From assembly GCF_000142905.1 (NCBI RefSeq), contig NW_013657666.1:102468-126308 (forward strand): a stretch of DNA of 23,841 nucleotides. Direction: 5' to 3'. The position numbers were made by a program, and so were the translations under genes. Shown in pieces: positions 1 through 9,670 of this stretch. Within the stretch, counting starts at the first letter, position 1, and every line of letters begins with the position of its first letter. The notes under the pieces are model-generated. The model worked only from the letters and a program-made list of their open reading frames with translations, was not told the DNA's origin and did not search any database. Source of the DNA: Thecamonas trahens ATCC 50062. Lineage: Eukaryota; Protista; Apusomonadida.

Positions 1-734
1 ATTCCGATTCAATGGGGAGAGGAGGGAGAGAGAGCGCGTGTCGGCCACAGGACGAGTCGACAACGGGATTGGTGAGCAAAGTGAAGATGTTGTCAAGTCG
101 GAATTTTGCCTTCAATTTTACTACTGCTCTCATTCCCGGCCCACGCGTGGGTTTGCCACCACCGCGTGGGTTGCCTCCACATCAAAACGCAGACTGATGC
201 ATGCTTGATGCGGCCTCACCACCGGATTTTTTTGCCACTACTGCAGCCATGCTGCTGGTATACGTGGGCGTGTGGAGCCAGGGGGGTGAAGATGGCGCTA
301 CCGTAAGCTCTGGAAGGGTGATGGGACAGTGCCCAGGGTAGGCAGGGCGCGACAGCTGTCGATGCCGCTGCTGTTGTAGATGCCGCTGCCGCTGCAGCCG
401 TAGCTGCACCACCAGCTGACTCCATCTCGCAAACTCCATCACAAGGTAACTTGTTTGAGGTGGGCGCCACTGGATGCTACCGGGGTTACCGGAGTTTGGC
501 GCGTGGTAGAGCTCGACATCAAGCCCACACTCCCACCAACTATCATGGCACAGTCCGATCTGTCCACACCTCACCACCACCATCACCCGCCGACTGGCTG
601 ACATGCTGCCGCACTCAACATCAGACATAACCTTAACCTCCACATCACACAACGCTCTCCCCATCAACCAGTAGCCAGCAGTCAGTCAGCCTGCCTGCCG
701 CCAGCCACCGTTTCGCCAACCCCAATTGGCTCAG

Positions 735-921
735 CAACGAACGAACCAACGAACCGACCGACCAACGAACCGACCGACCGACCGACCGACCGACCAACGA
801 ACCGACCGACGAACCGACCGACCAACGAACCAACAACCGACCAACCAACGAACCGACCGACCAACGAACCGACCGACCAACGAACCGACCGACCAACGAA
901 CCGACCGACCAACAAACCGAA
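735..921. repeat. Tandem repeat of 4-mers (ACCG/ACCA/ACGA) with a higher-order 16-bp unit ACCGACCGACCAACGA
   Basis: Directly visible repeated gaaccgaccgaccaac units. Confidence 0.9.
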
Positions 922-972
922 CAATGCGCGCCAAACGGTTGCGACGAAAGCGAGACGATACAGGGCGTTTAC

Positions 973-1064
973 TCCCCCCCCCCCCCCCCCGCAGACGACA
1001 CACCCCCCAGGCCACAGCCACAGTCACAGCCACACACACACACACACACACACCACCACCACCA

Positions 1065-1103
<39 letters not shown>

Positions 1104-1145
1104 ACAACAACCACAACCACAACCACACACATACATACATACACT
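973..1145. repeat. Poly-C tract followed by (CA)n/(CCA)n/(CAA)n microsatellite-rich leader upstream of the 1156 gene
   Basis: C homopolymer at about 973-990; CA runs at about 1030-1100; acaacc and acat repeats up to about 1142. Confidence 0.9.
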
Positions 1146-1155
1146 CACGTTCACC

Positions 1156-4100
1156 ATGCCCTCCATGGGCCGCACCCTCTCACCGCCCGCCAAGGGCGCC
1201 AGCTCGCCCCCAACCGCCGGTACCTCGCACAGACGGAAGACGGGACGCCCGCGGGTGGCCGGTGGCCTACATACTGTCACTGCCCTCGCTCCTCTTGTTG
1301 GGCTCGTCGTCATCACCCTCCTCCTCCTCCTCGTTCCGGACAACACACACGCTGCGGTGGCTCGGCCTCATGGCCCTGCTCGGCCTGTGGCTGCTGACGA
1401 TGGTCGAGGGCTCCTCCTGGCTGAAGATACCGCTCCTACCTCGTCGATGCCGTTCTGCAGGAACTCTTCATTCTTGATCTCGCCGGGACTGGTAGAGACA
1501 GACATGCGGACGCTGGCTCTGGATCCTGGGCTGGGCAAGGCGTATGTTCCGTTCATCTCGCCGGTGGTAGCCATTATCGATACCGCCAACCACGCCAGGA
1601 CTGGCTCCGTCGACACCTCGCCACATCAGGACTTTCTCTCGGCGGTCCTGCTCGAGTCGCTGCACCGCCTCTACCTCACCTCAGGCACAAGCGGTGAGCT
1701 GGTTGTCATCCAGGTCGACGATCCGGTCCCGAGCGTCGTCGCCTCGACCTCACTCCGCACCGCGCTTACCCCGGTCCCGGCCAAGGCCTTTTTCTTCGCC
1801 GCTGTCCTCGACCCGGCCACTGCAACCGCGTACTACGGCGAGGTGACCGGCTACGTCGCCTCTGTCCACCTGCCGACCCTTACTGTCACGCGCACAGCTC
1901 TCTTGCCCGGTCAGCCCAAGCTCCGGTCCGCCGCGCTCGACGCCTCGGCCTCGTACCTCTTCATCGGCTCGCTCAACGCAGGCTCTGGTGCCGTGGTCGC
2001 CATCCTCCACACGGCCAACCTCACCCTCGCTGCGCCGACGCTCAACTTTCCGTCGCACTCGTTTGTGGCACTCGCCGCAAACGCCGTCGACAACGTTGTC
2101 TACGCCGCCTCGTCCTACGCCTCGTCGTCGGTCGTCATCATCGACGCCGCCCCGCCGTTTGCTACCTCCATCCTCGCGCTCCCCGCTGACGACGCCCCGC
2201 TCCTTTCGGCCGTCTACATTCCATCCGCGCAGACGCTTCTCCTCGGAACCGACATCGCCTTTGGGCCCGGTACCTCGCGCGTCATTGCCCTCGCTGCAGG
2301 CCCCGGTGTCGCCCTCACCCGCACCGGCGCGGCCACCATGGACACCGACGAGGTCTCGCTCGTCGCCGCCGTCCATGACGCCGCCGCAGACGCTGTTTAT
2401 CTTCCGTGCCGCGGCAGCTCGCGCATGCTCGTCCTCTCACTCACGCCGCCCAACTGCTCCGCCATCGCTGAGTGTGGCTCTTGCAACTCTGCCTGCGGCT
2501 GCGGCTGGTGCGCCTCGTCCGAGTCTTGTCACACCGGCGACCCCAACGGCCCGCTCGACGGCGCCACTTGCCCGGCCGCTGCCTGGGACTACTACGACTG
2601 TGCCAACTGTGTCGCCACCTCCTCCTCGTGCTCCCACTGTGCCACTAATCCGCTCTGCGGCTGGTGTGCCGCGACGCAGCAGTGCGTCCGTGGCTCGGCC
2701 TCGGGCCCAGTCGTTGCTTCCTACTGTCCGGCCCCGATCGACTGGGACTACGGCTCGTGCCCGGCCTGTCACACCCTCGGTCCGTCGTGCTCCGCCTGCG
2801 TTGCCGACCCCAAGTGCGGCTGGTGCCCGGCCACCGCGACTTGCGAGCGCGGCGCGGCGCCCGACTCGTACACCTCGACCTGTCCGTCGTGGTCTTTTGC
2901 CGCTTGCCGCGGTCCGAGCTGCGCCGCCGCCGCCTCTTGCGGCGCCTGTGCGTCTGCGGACCCGCATTGCGGCTGGTGCGCGTCGTCGACCTCGTGCATC
3001 GAGGGCAACGCCACGACGCCGTATCCGATCGCCGCATCGCCGTCGTCCTGTCCCGGAGACCCGTCGGCGTGGACCGGCGCCGTCTGCTCGGCCTGCTCGC
3101 TCCACACCAACTGCTCGGCTTGCGGTGCCGATGAGCTCTGTGGCTGGTGTGCGTCGAGCCAGAGCTGTGTGCCTGGCGCGGCCTCGGGCCCTCATGCCGC
3201 CCCGACCTGCGACGCCGCCGACTGGTCGTACGACACGTCGGCCTGTGTGGACTGCGCCGCCGCCGCGTCATGCTCTGCATGCACGGCCCTCACCGGCTGT
3301 GGCTGGTGTGCGCAGACGGCGACCTGCGAGCGCGGCTCCGACACCACCTCATACACCTCGACCTGCACTGCAGCCTCAGGCTGGGCCCGCGACAGCTGTC
3401 CGGTCTGCGCCACGGCCTCGGGCTCGTCGTGCGCCTCGTGCACCTCCCTCGCCGGTTGTGGCTGGTGCGCGTCGACCGCGACGTGTCTCGCCGGCGACGC
3501 CGCGGGCGCGTGGCCTGGCCAAGCCACCTGCCCCGTCACGCACTGGGACTTTGCCGGTGCTGGCGGCGCTGGCTGTCGTGAATGTGCCTCGCGCTCTGGC
3601 TGCGCCACCTGCCAAGCCGACCGCCGCTGCGGCTTTTGCTACGCAGACGGCCTCTGCAAGCCGTCAGACTCGGCGACTGGCAGCCTCATTGGGTCCCAGT
3701 CGTGCGGGACGAGCGAGGCCGTCTTCTTTGAGACGGATGCCACATGTCCGGACCTCTGCACCGGGCCTCAGACCTGCGCCGCCTGCGCCGCCTCGGACCC
3801 CCGCTGCGGCTGGTGTGCATCGTCGTCGACTTGCATGCCGTCGTACCTGAGCAACTCGACGTGCAAAGTGTGGGACGGAGCCTGCGACCGTTGCACTCGC
3901 CACGGTGCCGACTGCGCCGCCTGTATCGCCGACGACGGCTGTGGTCTCTGCGACTACGATTCAGCCGCCTCAACCTGCGTCCCAGGCTCGCCCACCGGGC
4001 CCTACGACATTGCCTCGTGCCCAGTCGGCTCGCTCGACGGCCTTCCGGTCTGGCTCCACGGCACTTGCTCCGGCGACGGTCTCCGCGACCTGTGCGACAT

Positions 4101-6887
4101 CTCGTCCGCCGCAGCCGCCGCAGGCACCCAGCCCTCGTGCGCCATGTGCCTCGCCCAAGCCGGATGCGGGTGGTGCCCGTCGAGCCGGACTTGCCACACC
4201 CCGGCGCTCTCGACGTGCTCCCGCGACGTTGTCACCTCGGCATGCCCGGGCTACTCTTACTACTACGTCCTCGCCCTCGCCCTCGTCCTTCTCCTCCTTC
4301 TTATTGCCGGCTGCGTCTTTGCCTGGCTCTACGTTCGCGACGTGCGGCCACTAGAGGAGCAGCTCTACGATCCGGCCAAAGCCTACGACGCCGCCAACGT
4401 CGCCGCCGGCTTGCCCGGCGGCGTCGACGCTGCCCGCACCCACGGCATCGCCCCGCCTGCGCCGGCCAAGGCCGGCAAGTCCACCGCTGCCGCTGCCGCT
4501 GCAAACGACTCGCAAGACGATGACGAGTTTGAGCTCGTCGGCATCGATCGCTCCGATGGCGACCCAGACTCGAGCGCCGACGCCGAGCGCGACGAGCGCG
4601 GTCTGAGTGTCTCAGCCAAGCGGAGAAAGCAGACGCAAGGCAAGGTTGCCGCTGCCGTCGCTGATGCCAGCGAACACCGCGACGACTCGGCGTCCGGAGC
4701 CGACCTCACCCTGGCGTCGGGCCCTCCGCCGTATGCGCGCGACGTCCACCTCCGCCCGCTCCCGTACGCGGCGTTTGACAGTACGGCGGTGCCGGCACCG
4801 TCGGAGCCCAAGGCTGTGTTGCTGGACGACTTGGCTAACGTGCTTCGTCACGAGGAGCATGTGCTTGCCAGCGCGCTCGCGCGGGTAGTCTCGGTCTCGG
4901 AAGACGGCGAGGAGGCGGCAAACGCGCTGCTGACGGTGCTGGCGGCCGAGGGTGATGCCATTGCCTTTGTCGACGCTGTCGTGGCCGACGAGGTAGCGGT
5001 GACCGAGGCGCGGCAGTCGAACACCCTGCTGCGAGCCAACACTATGGCGTCCAAGGTGCTCAAGGCCTTTTGCGGCATCGAGGCACTCGAGTACGTCTTT
5101 GCCGTCCTCCGGCCGTACCTCCTCCATGCGCTGTCGCAAAAGGCGCCGCACCCGCTAGCGCCGCGGACGGCGTCGGACGACGCCACGGCGCTGCTCGACG
5201 CCGTCGACGCCGTCTTTGCATCGGTGCTGGAGAGCGAGGCCGGGTTCCCAGCGCCGCTCCGCGCTGTCCTCACCCTCCTCTACGATCACGTTTCGCACTC
5301 GCAGTTTGCCCACCTCTCGACCCGAGCCGTCTCGTCAGTCCTCTTTCTCCGACTGCTCTCGCCAGCGCTCTGCTCGCCGCTTGCGTACGGCCTCATTGAC
5401 ATCGAGGCCGACGGCCTACCGCCGCTCTCAGGCGATGCGCAGCGAAACCTTGTCGACGTGTCCAAGGTCCTGCAGGCCGTCGCCAACCAGGCTCTGTTCG
5501 GCACCCGCAATGCGCACCTTGCTGGCACCAACCCTTGGGTCAAGGCCGCCATCCGCGAGCTGGAGGCCTTTGTGGCCCGGCTCTGCCTCGACGAACCGCA
5601 CGCGGACGACCGGGCTTTGCTCGAGCTCGACCCAGCGTACGGCACGCCGGTGGTGGAGAAGGCACCCAGCGCCGAGGAGGTCGAGGGGGCCTTGAGCGCG
5701 CTCGTCCGGCTGTGCGGCAAGTACGAGACCGAGCTGCGGTCGCTGCTCTCCGAAGCTGCGCTCCGGCCGGGCACCTCCCGCCGCTGCAAGTCGCTGGGCA
5801 CATCGGCCCGCGGCGAGCGGCCGTTCGACCACGTCCAGCGCAATATTGTGGAGATCTTCACTCACGGCGCCGAGCCTCACGCTGTCGCCGGCATCATGGC
5901 CAAGGACACGTACGCGGTCACCTCGGCACTGGTTGAGGTGGTCAAGCCCGACGAGGGCGACGACGTCGCCGGCGCCCTCGTCCTCCTCGCTCTCGGCCAC
6001 GACGGCCGCGACGGTGGCATGCGCCTGGTCAAGGTCCTCGCCGCCCGCGAGCTGCGGACCGCCACCGAGCCCAACGCCGTCCTTCGCGGCTTCCATGTTG
6101 CCGCCAAGGTCGCCGGCCTTTACGCCGGAATTGTCGGCCGTGCGTGGCGCGACGCCGTCGTCGGCCCCTCGCTCGCCGTCCTCGACACCCTCGCCTCGGT
6201 CGAGGATCTCGTCGACGCGGTCGGCGACCTGCTCGAGCGCGCCTTTAACGGCATCGATGCCCTCCCGCTCGAGCTCCGCTCCATCGCCGACCACCTCAAT
6301 GCCGTCGTCGGCGCCCGGTTCCCGAAGCGTGGTTCGTCGGCCCGGGACGCTTCCTCTTCACCCACTACGTCTGCCGTGGGCTGGTTGACGGCGCAGCGAC
6401 TCCGAACGCCCGCACCGTCGCCAAGCGCATGGCCTCGGTCATCGTGCACATGGTCAACGACATGCGATTTGGCGTCGGCACGCCTGACGACGTTGTCCTC
6501 AACGAGTTTGTCGCCCGCAACGTCGCCGTCATGCAGGGCTTCCTCATGGAAGCCTCCCGCATCTCCGAGGCCCAGGCTCTCGCTGCCGCAGAGCTCGCTG
6601 CCGACGCCGCCGGCGAGGCCTGGTTCGACGACGCCCAGATCAGCTCCGCAGCCGCGTACATCGCGTCACGCCTCCACTACTACGTCGACAACGCGGACTT
6701 TTGCTACGTCTTCCACTTTTACCACTTTTACGACGCTGACGACGTCGACTACGCACCTGACGCCTCCCCAGCCCGCGCCTCGGCCGCCGCCCTCGCGCCC
6801 GCCACCGACGATGTCGAGACAGGCTCTGAATGGGCAGTCATGGCAGAGCTCTCGCGCATCTTGCGCGAGTGGCGCCTGCAGGCGTAG
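1156..6887 (+). CDS. Plexin-like single-pass receptor: N-terminal hydrophobic signal, beta-propeller-like region, 11 PSI repeats, TM helix, two tandem RasGAP domains. A -1 frameshift at about 6321-6324 puts the true stop at TAG 6885-6887, not at 7239
   Basis: Hydrophobic segment LVGLVVITLLLLLV. Beta-strand blade repeats (RTLALDPGLGKAYV, AAVLDPATATAYYG, SAALDASASYLFIG, ALAANAVDNVVYAA, AAVHDAAADAVYLP). Eleven CxxC..CG(W/F/L)C..C..C..C repeats at about 2452-4250. TM YYYVLALALVLLLLLIAGCVFAWLYV at about 4258-4335. GAP1 motifs TLLRANTMASK, LFLRLLSPAL and RNLVDVSKVLQAVAN. GAP2 has VLRGFHVAAK and continues in the shifted frame as GRFLFTHYVCRGL...RTVAKRMASVIVHMVNDMRFG...LNEFV. Confidence 0.85.
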
Positions 6888-7199
6888 ACGCCAAACACGC
6901 TGTAAACGAGCACTGTGCTCTCGCAACTGCCCTTGCGCCTCTCTCAATAGTGAAAAGATGCAAGGCTGGCTTGGCTGGCCGCACGGGTGTGTTTGTCCGA
7001 TTAAGAGGAAAGGGGCGTGTGTGCAAAGAGAGGGACAAGCTGGAGAAGCAGAGAGCAAGAAAACTGCGCGAGCCAAGAAACGATGCCGCCCCGCCGGCCA
7101 AGAGAAGGCAGGCAGAGTCGGCAGCCGTGCAGCCGTCGCCGGCGGAGCAAGCAACGGCACACAGCAGAAGGGAGAGGTGGTGAAAGCCAGAAAGCGCGC

Positions 7200-8128
7200 T
7201 TACTTGTCGCGCTTCTGCAGGTACACCACAAGAGCGTAGAGGCCGCCGTAGACGCAGCACGTCCATGCAATGCCAGAAATAAGCATAATAAGGCCAATGG
7301 CAGCCTTGGTCGACGCCTTAACGCCGAACGAGCAGCGCGACGGGGCACCATTCGAGAAGCAGGCGCCGTTGCGGAAGCCGGCCACAACCGGGTCCTTCTG
7401 CGAGCGGATCTGAGCATCAACCGAGTACGACGAGCAATCGGACGGCGACGGCGAGTTCTGGACAACGCTGCTGCCGCAGGCGGTGTAGTAGGCACCGACG
7501 CGGCCGTAGGAGTCGGTATCGACAGACGAGTAGCAACCGATGCCGCCGTCGCCCGCAAAGTAGCCCGAGCCGGAGCCGTCTGCAACCTGGCGGCAGAGCA
7601 GGTTCATCTTGTACCACTGGTCCTTGGGCGGCGTCGGCGGCGAAGGCGGCGAAGGCGGCCGCGAGGTTGACGAGCCCGACGACGTCGACGTCCCGGAGAT
7701 CGTGCGCTTGTAGTTGGGCGAGACAACGCCGCCACCCGAAATGACAGTCGCGCTCTCAGTAAAGTCGATGGCCACATCCGACGGCGGCGAGGTGAACGTC
7801 TGGCCGGCGGAGGGGAACGAGTTCGGCCGGCCTGAAACACGCCAGAACAGCGGCTGATAGGCAATCTTAGAGTCGTCGTCGACCTTGACAACCTCCTGGG
7901 TCACCGCCGACATGGTGTTGGAAAAGTCGCTGGCAACAAAGGTCCGCGCAGCAAAGGTAGCCCGCTGCGACTGCCACTCCTGCATGCCCACCACAAACTT
8001 GTCCACCCGCTTACCGCGCGAGTCCTTCAACGCCGCCACCAGGAAGATGAGGCCCACAATGGTGAGGATCGGGCCGGTGCAGAGGATGCAGCAGATGCAC
8101 CCGAGGATGTCCTTGCCCGTCTCCTTGG
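7200..8128 (-). CDS. Uncharacterised two-TM membrane protein with a Cys-rich loop; 5' end unresolved (probable upstream exon)
   Basis: The frame extends upstream of the listed ORF as AKETGKDILGCICCILCTGPILTIVGLIFLVAAL (TM1). TM2 is AAIGLIMLISGIAWTCCVYGGLYALVVYL. A branch-point-like ACTAAC, a pyrimidine tract and a CAG at 8131-8129 on the minus strand suggest an intron acceptor. Codon usage is GC3-rich. Confidence 0.7.
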
Positions 8129-8178
8129 CTGCGTTGGTGTGTGAAGGGGAGGGGAGGGGTTAGTGGGCATGGCTGACT

Positions 8179-8345
8179 GGTGGGGTGGCTGCCTGGTGGG
8201 GTGCCTGGCTACCTGGTGGGGTGCCTGGCTACCTGGTGGGGGGGTGCCTGGCTACCTGGTGGGGTGCCTGGCTACCTGGTGGGGGGGTGCCTGGCTACCT
8301 GGTGGGGTGCCTGGCTACCTGGTGGGGTGCCTGGCTACCTGGTGG
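8179..8345. repeat. G-rich minisatellite, about 7 copies of 20/23-bp unit CCTGGCTACCTGGTGGGG(GGG)TG
   Basis: Seven exact cctggctacct cores separated by ggtgggg(ggg)tg. Confidence 0.92.
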
Positions 8346-9670
8346 CGTGGCTCCTATGGCAGGCTGAAGCCTTTTTCAGCCGCATAAGCCGCAGCAACAC
8401 AAACACACGCAAAGCCACCGTTGTCCCTTCCACGTCCCCACCCCCTCCTTCCCCTCCCCCCCTCCCTCCCTCCTCCCCCCACACCCAAAAGATGGCAATG
8501 CCAACCACGGCCGCCTCCAACACTCCCTGCACATAGCACAAAGCAGAGGTGCTTCTCATACAGACAAAAAAGACCATCACACAAACACAGAGGTGGATGC
8601 TGTGATCTGGTGACCATGGGCATGGGTATGAGGCTGGTCATGTGCGCTCCGAATGGCTAGGAACAAAAAATCGCGCGCATTCGCCAAAAGGCCGCCGATC
8701 AGACAGTCGCCTTGACAAGCTGGCAAGGGTCGCACGCCATGGCCACCGCTGGTGCTGTGGACACAGTGGAAGGAAGAAGAATAGGGAGTGAGGGGGGGAG
8801 AGAGAAATACAGTGTACGTACCCATCTCCCATGCCTCGGCAGGCTGCACGCAGCCGCCACGTCCACGTCCGTTTCCGTTTCCGCGTCCCATTGTCTTGCT
8901 AGCTTTGAGAGTGCGGTGTGGCCGAGGATGAAGGAACTGTCGTTGAACATCGTTGCGGAACAGGAGAGCCACCACATGATAACGGTTGCAGGGCAAAAAG
9001 GAAAAAAATGGGGGGGCTCCCAAAAAAAAGGCACAGTCAGCAGGACGGCTGATGGCTGCATGCCCATGGCTGTTGCAAGAAGAGAGGGGAGAGGAGGGGG
9101 AGGGGATGGAAGGGGGGAGCACAAAGGCCGAGGCGGACGGAAGAATACGTCGGGCACGCCGCGTGGGGCGGGTGACCTGGCGGGTGTCGGGAGAGTGTTG
9201 TGGAGGGCGGAAAAGAGCCGTTGACGTCATGGCGACGGCAAGGAAGGAGAGGAGGCGGGGGCGGGGAGAGGGGGAGGGGACCCGGGGGACCAAGGTGATA
9301 GATGCGCCCGATGGAGTGAGTGTGCAGGGAAGGAGCTGATATATGGGGGCTGGTGCCAGATGCTTGTCGCTCCGTCAGGCTTGTGCCACGACTCGAGAGC
9401 CGGGCACTACATCAAGAGCCAACAGTGGCCATGATGAACGGTAGGACAAGGATTGGGGTCCGCCATCTAGACCGCATTTATGCGCATCAGTAGAGGCACT
9501 GTCGCTTGCTGTGGCTAGTAGCAGGGCCTGTGTGTGCATGAAGCCCGCGCCGTGCCGCCAACTGTGCGAGAAACAAAGATCACAAAACAGCCGCGTCATG
9601 TTTACTATGTCACATCAACGTCTCTTTGCTCATCCGCACCGTTCATTCCGCACACGCACGCAAAGCATGG

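Noticed and set aside
12-667. Short ORFs at the window start, including a Gln/Arg-rich 161-aa ORF and an Ala-rich 84-aa ORF
   Set aside because: No recognisable motifs; low-complexity trinucleotide origin. A small gene cannot be excluded but is unsupported.
735-921. Possible CRISPR-like or telomeric array
   Set aside because: No unique spacers and no TTAGGG-type unit; it is a simple satellite in eukaryotic DNA.
645-1397. Repeat-derived ORFs (TDRPTN, VGRSV, HTHT, VCVC)
   Set aside because: These are translations of simple tandem repeats.
6429-6887. 152-aa ORF as an independent gene
   Set aside because: It is the C-terminal part of the second RasGAP domain of the upstream gene.
1156-6887. 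Calling the receptor a true plexin (PLXN)
   Set aside because: No IPT domains, no RBD-split GAP and no recognisable Sema signature, so no gene symbol was assigned.
6325-7239. C-terminal about 300 aa of the 2027-aa ORF as listed
   Set aside because: It is out-of-frame read-through after the frameshift. The -1 frame carries the RasGAP motifs and stops at 6887, and the listed end would overlap the convergent gene.
8163-8536. ORFs with WLPGGVPGYLVGCLATWWGA repeats
   Set aside because: These are translations of the 20/23-bp minisatellite in all three frames.
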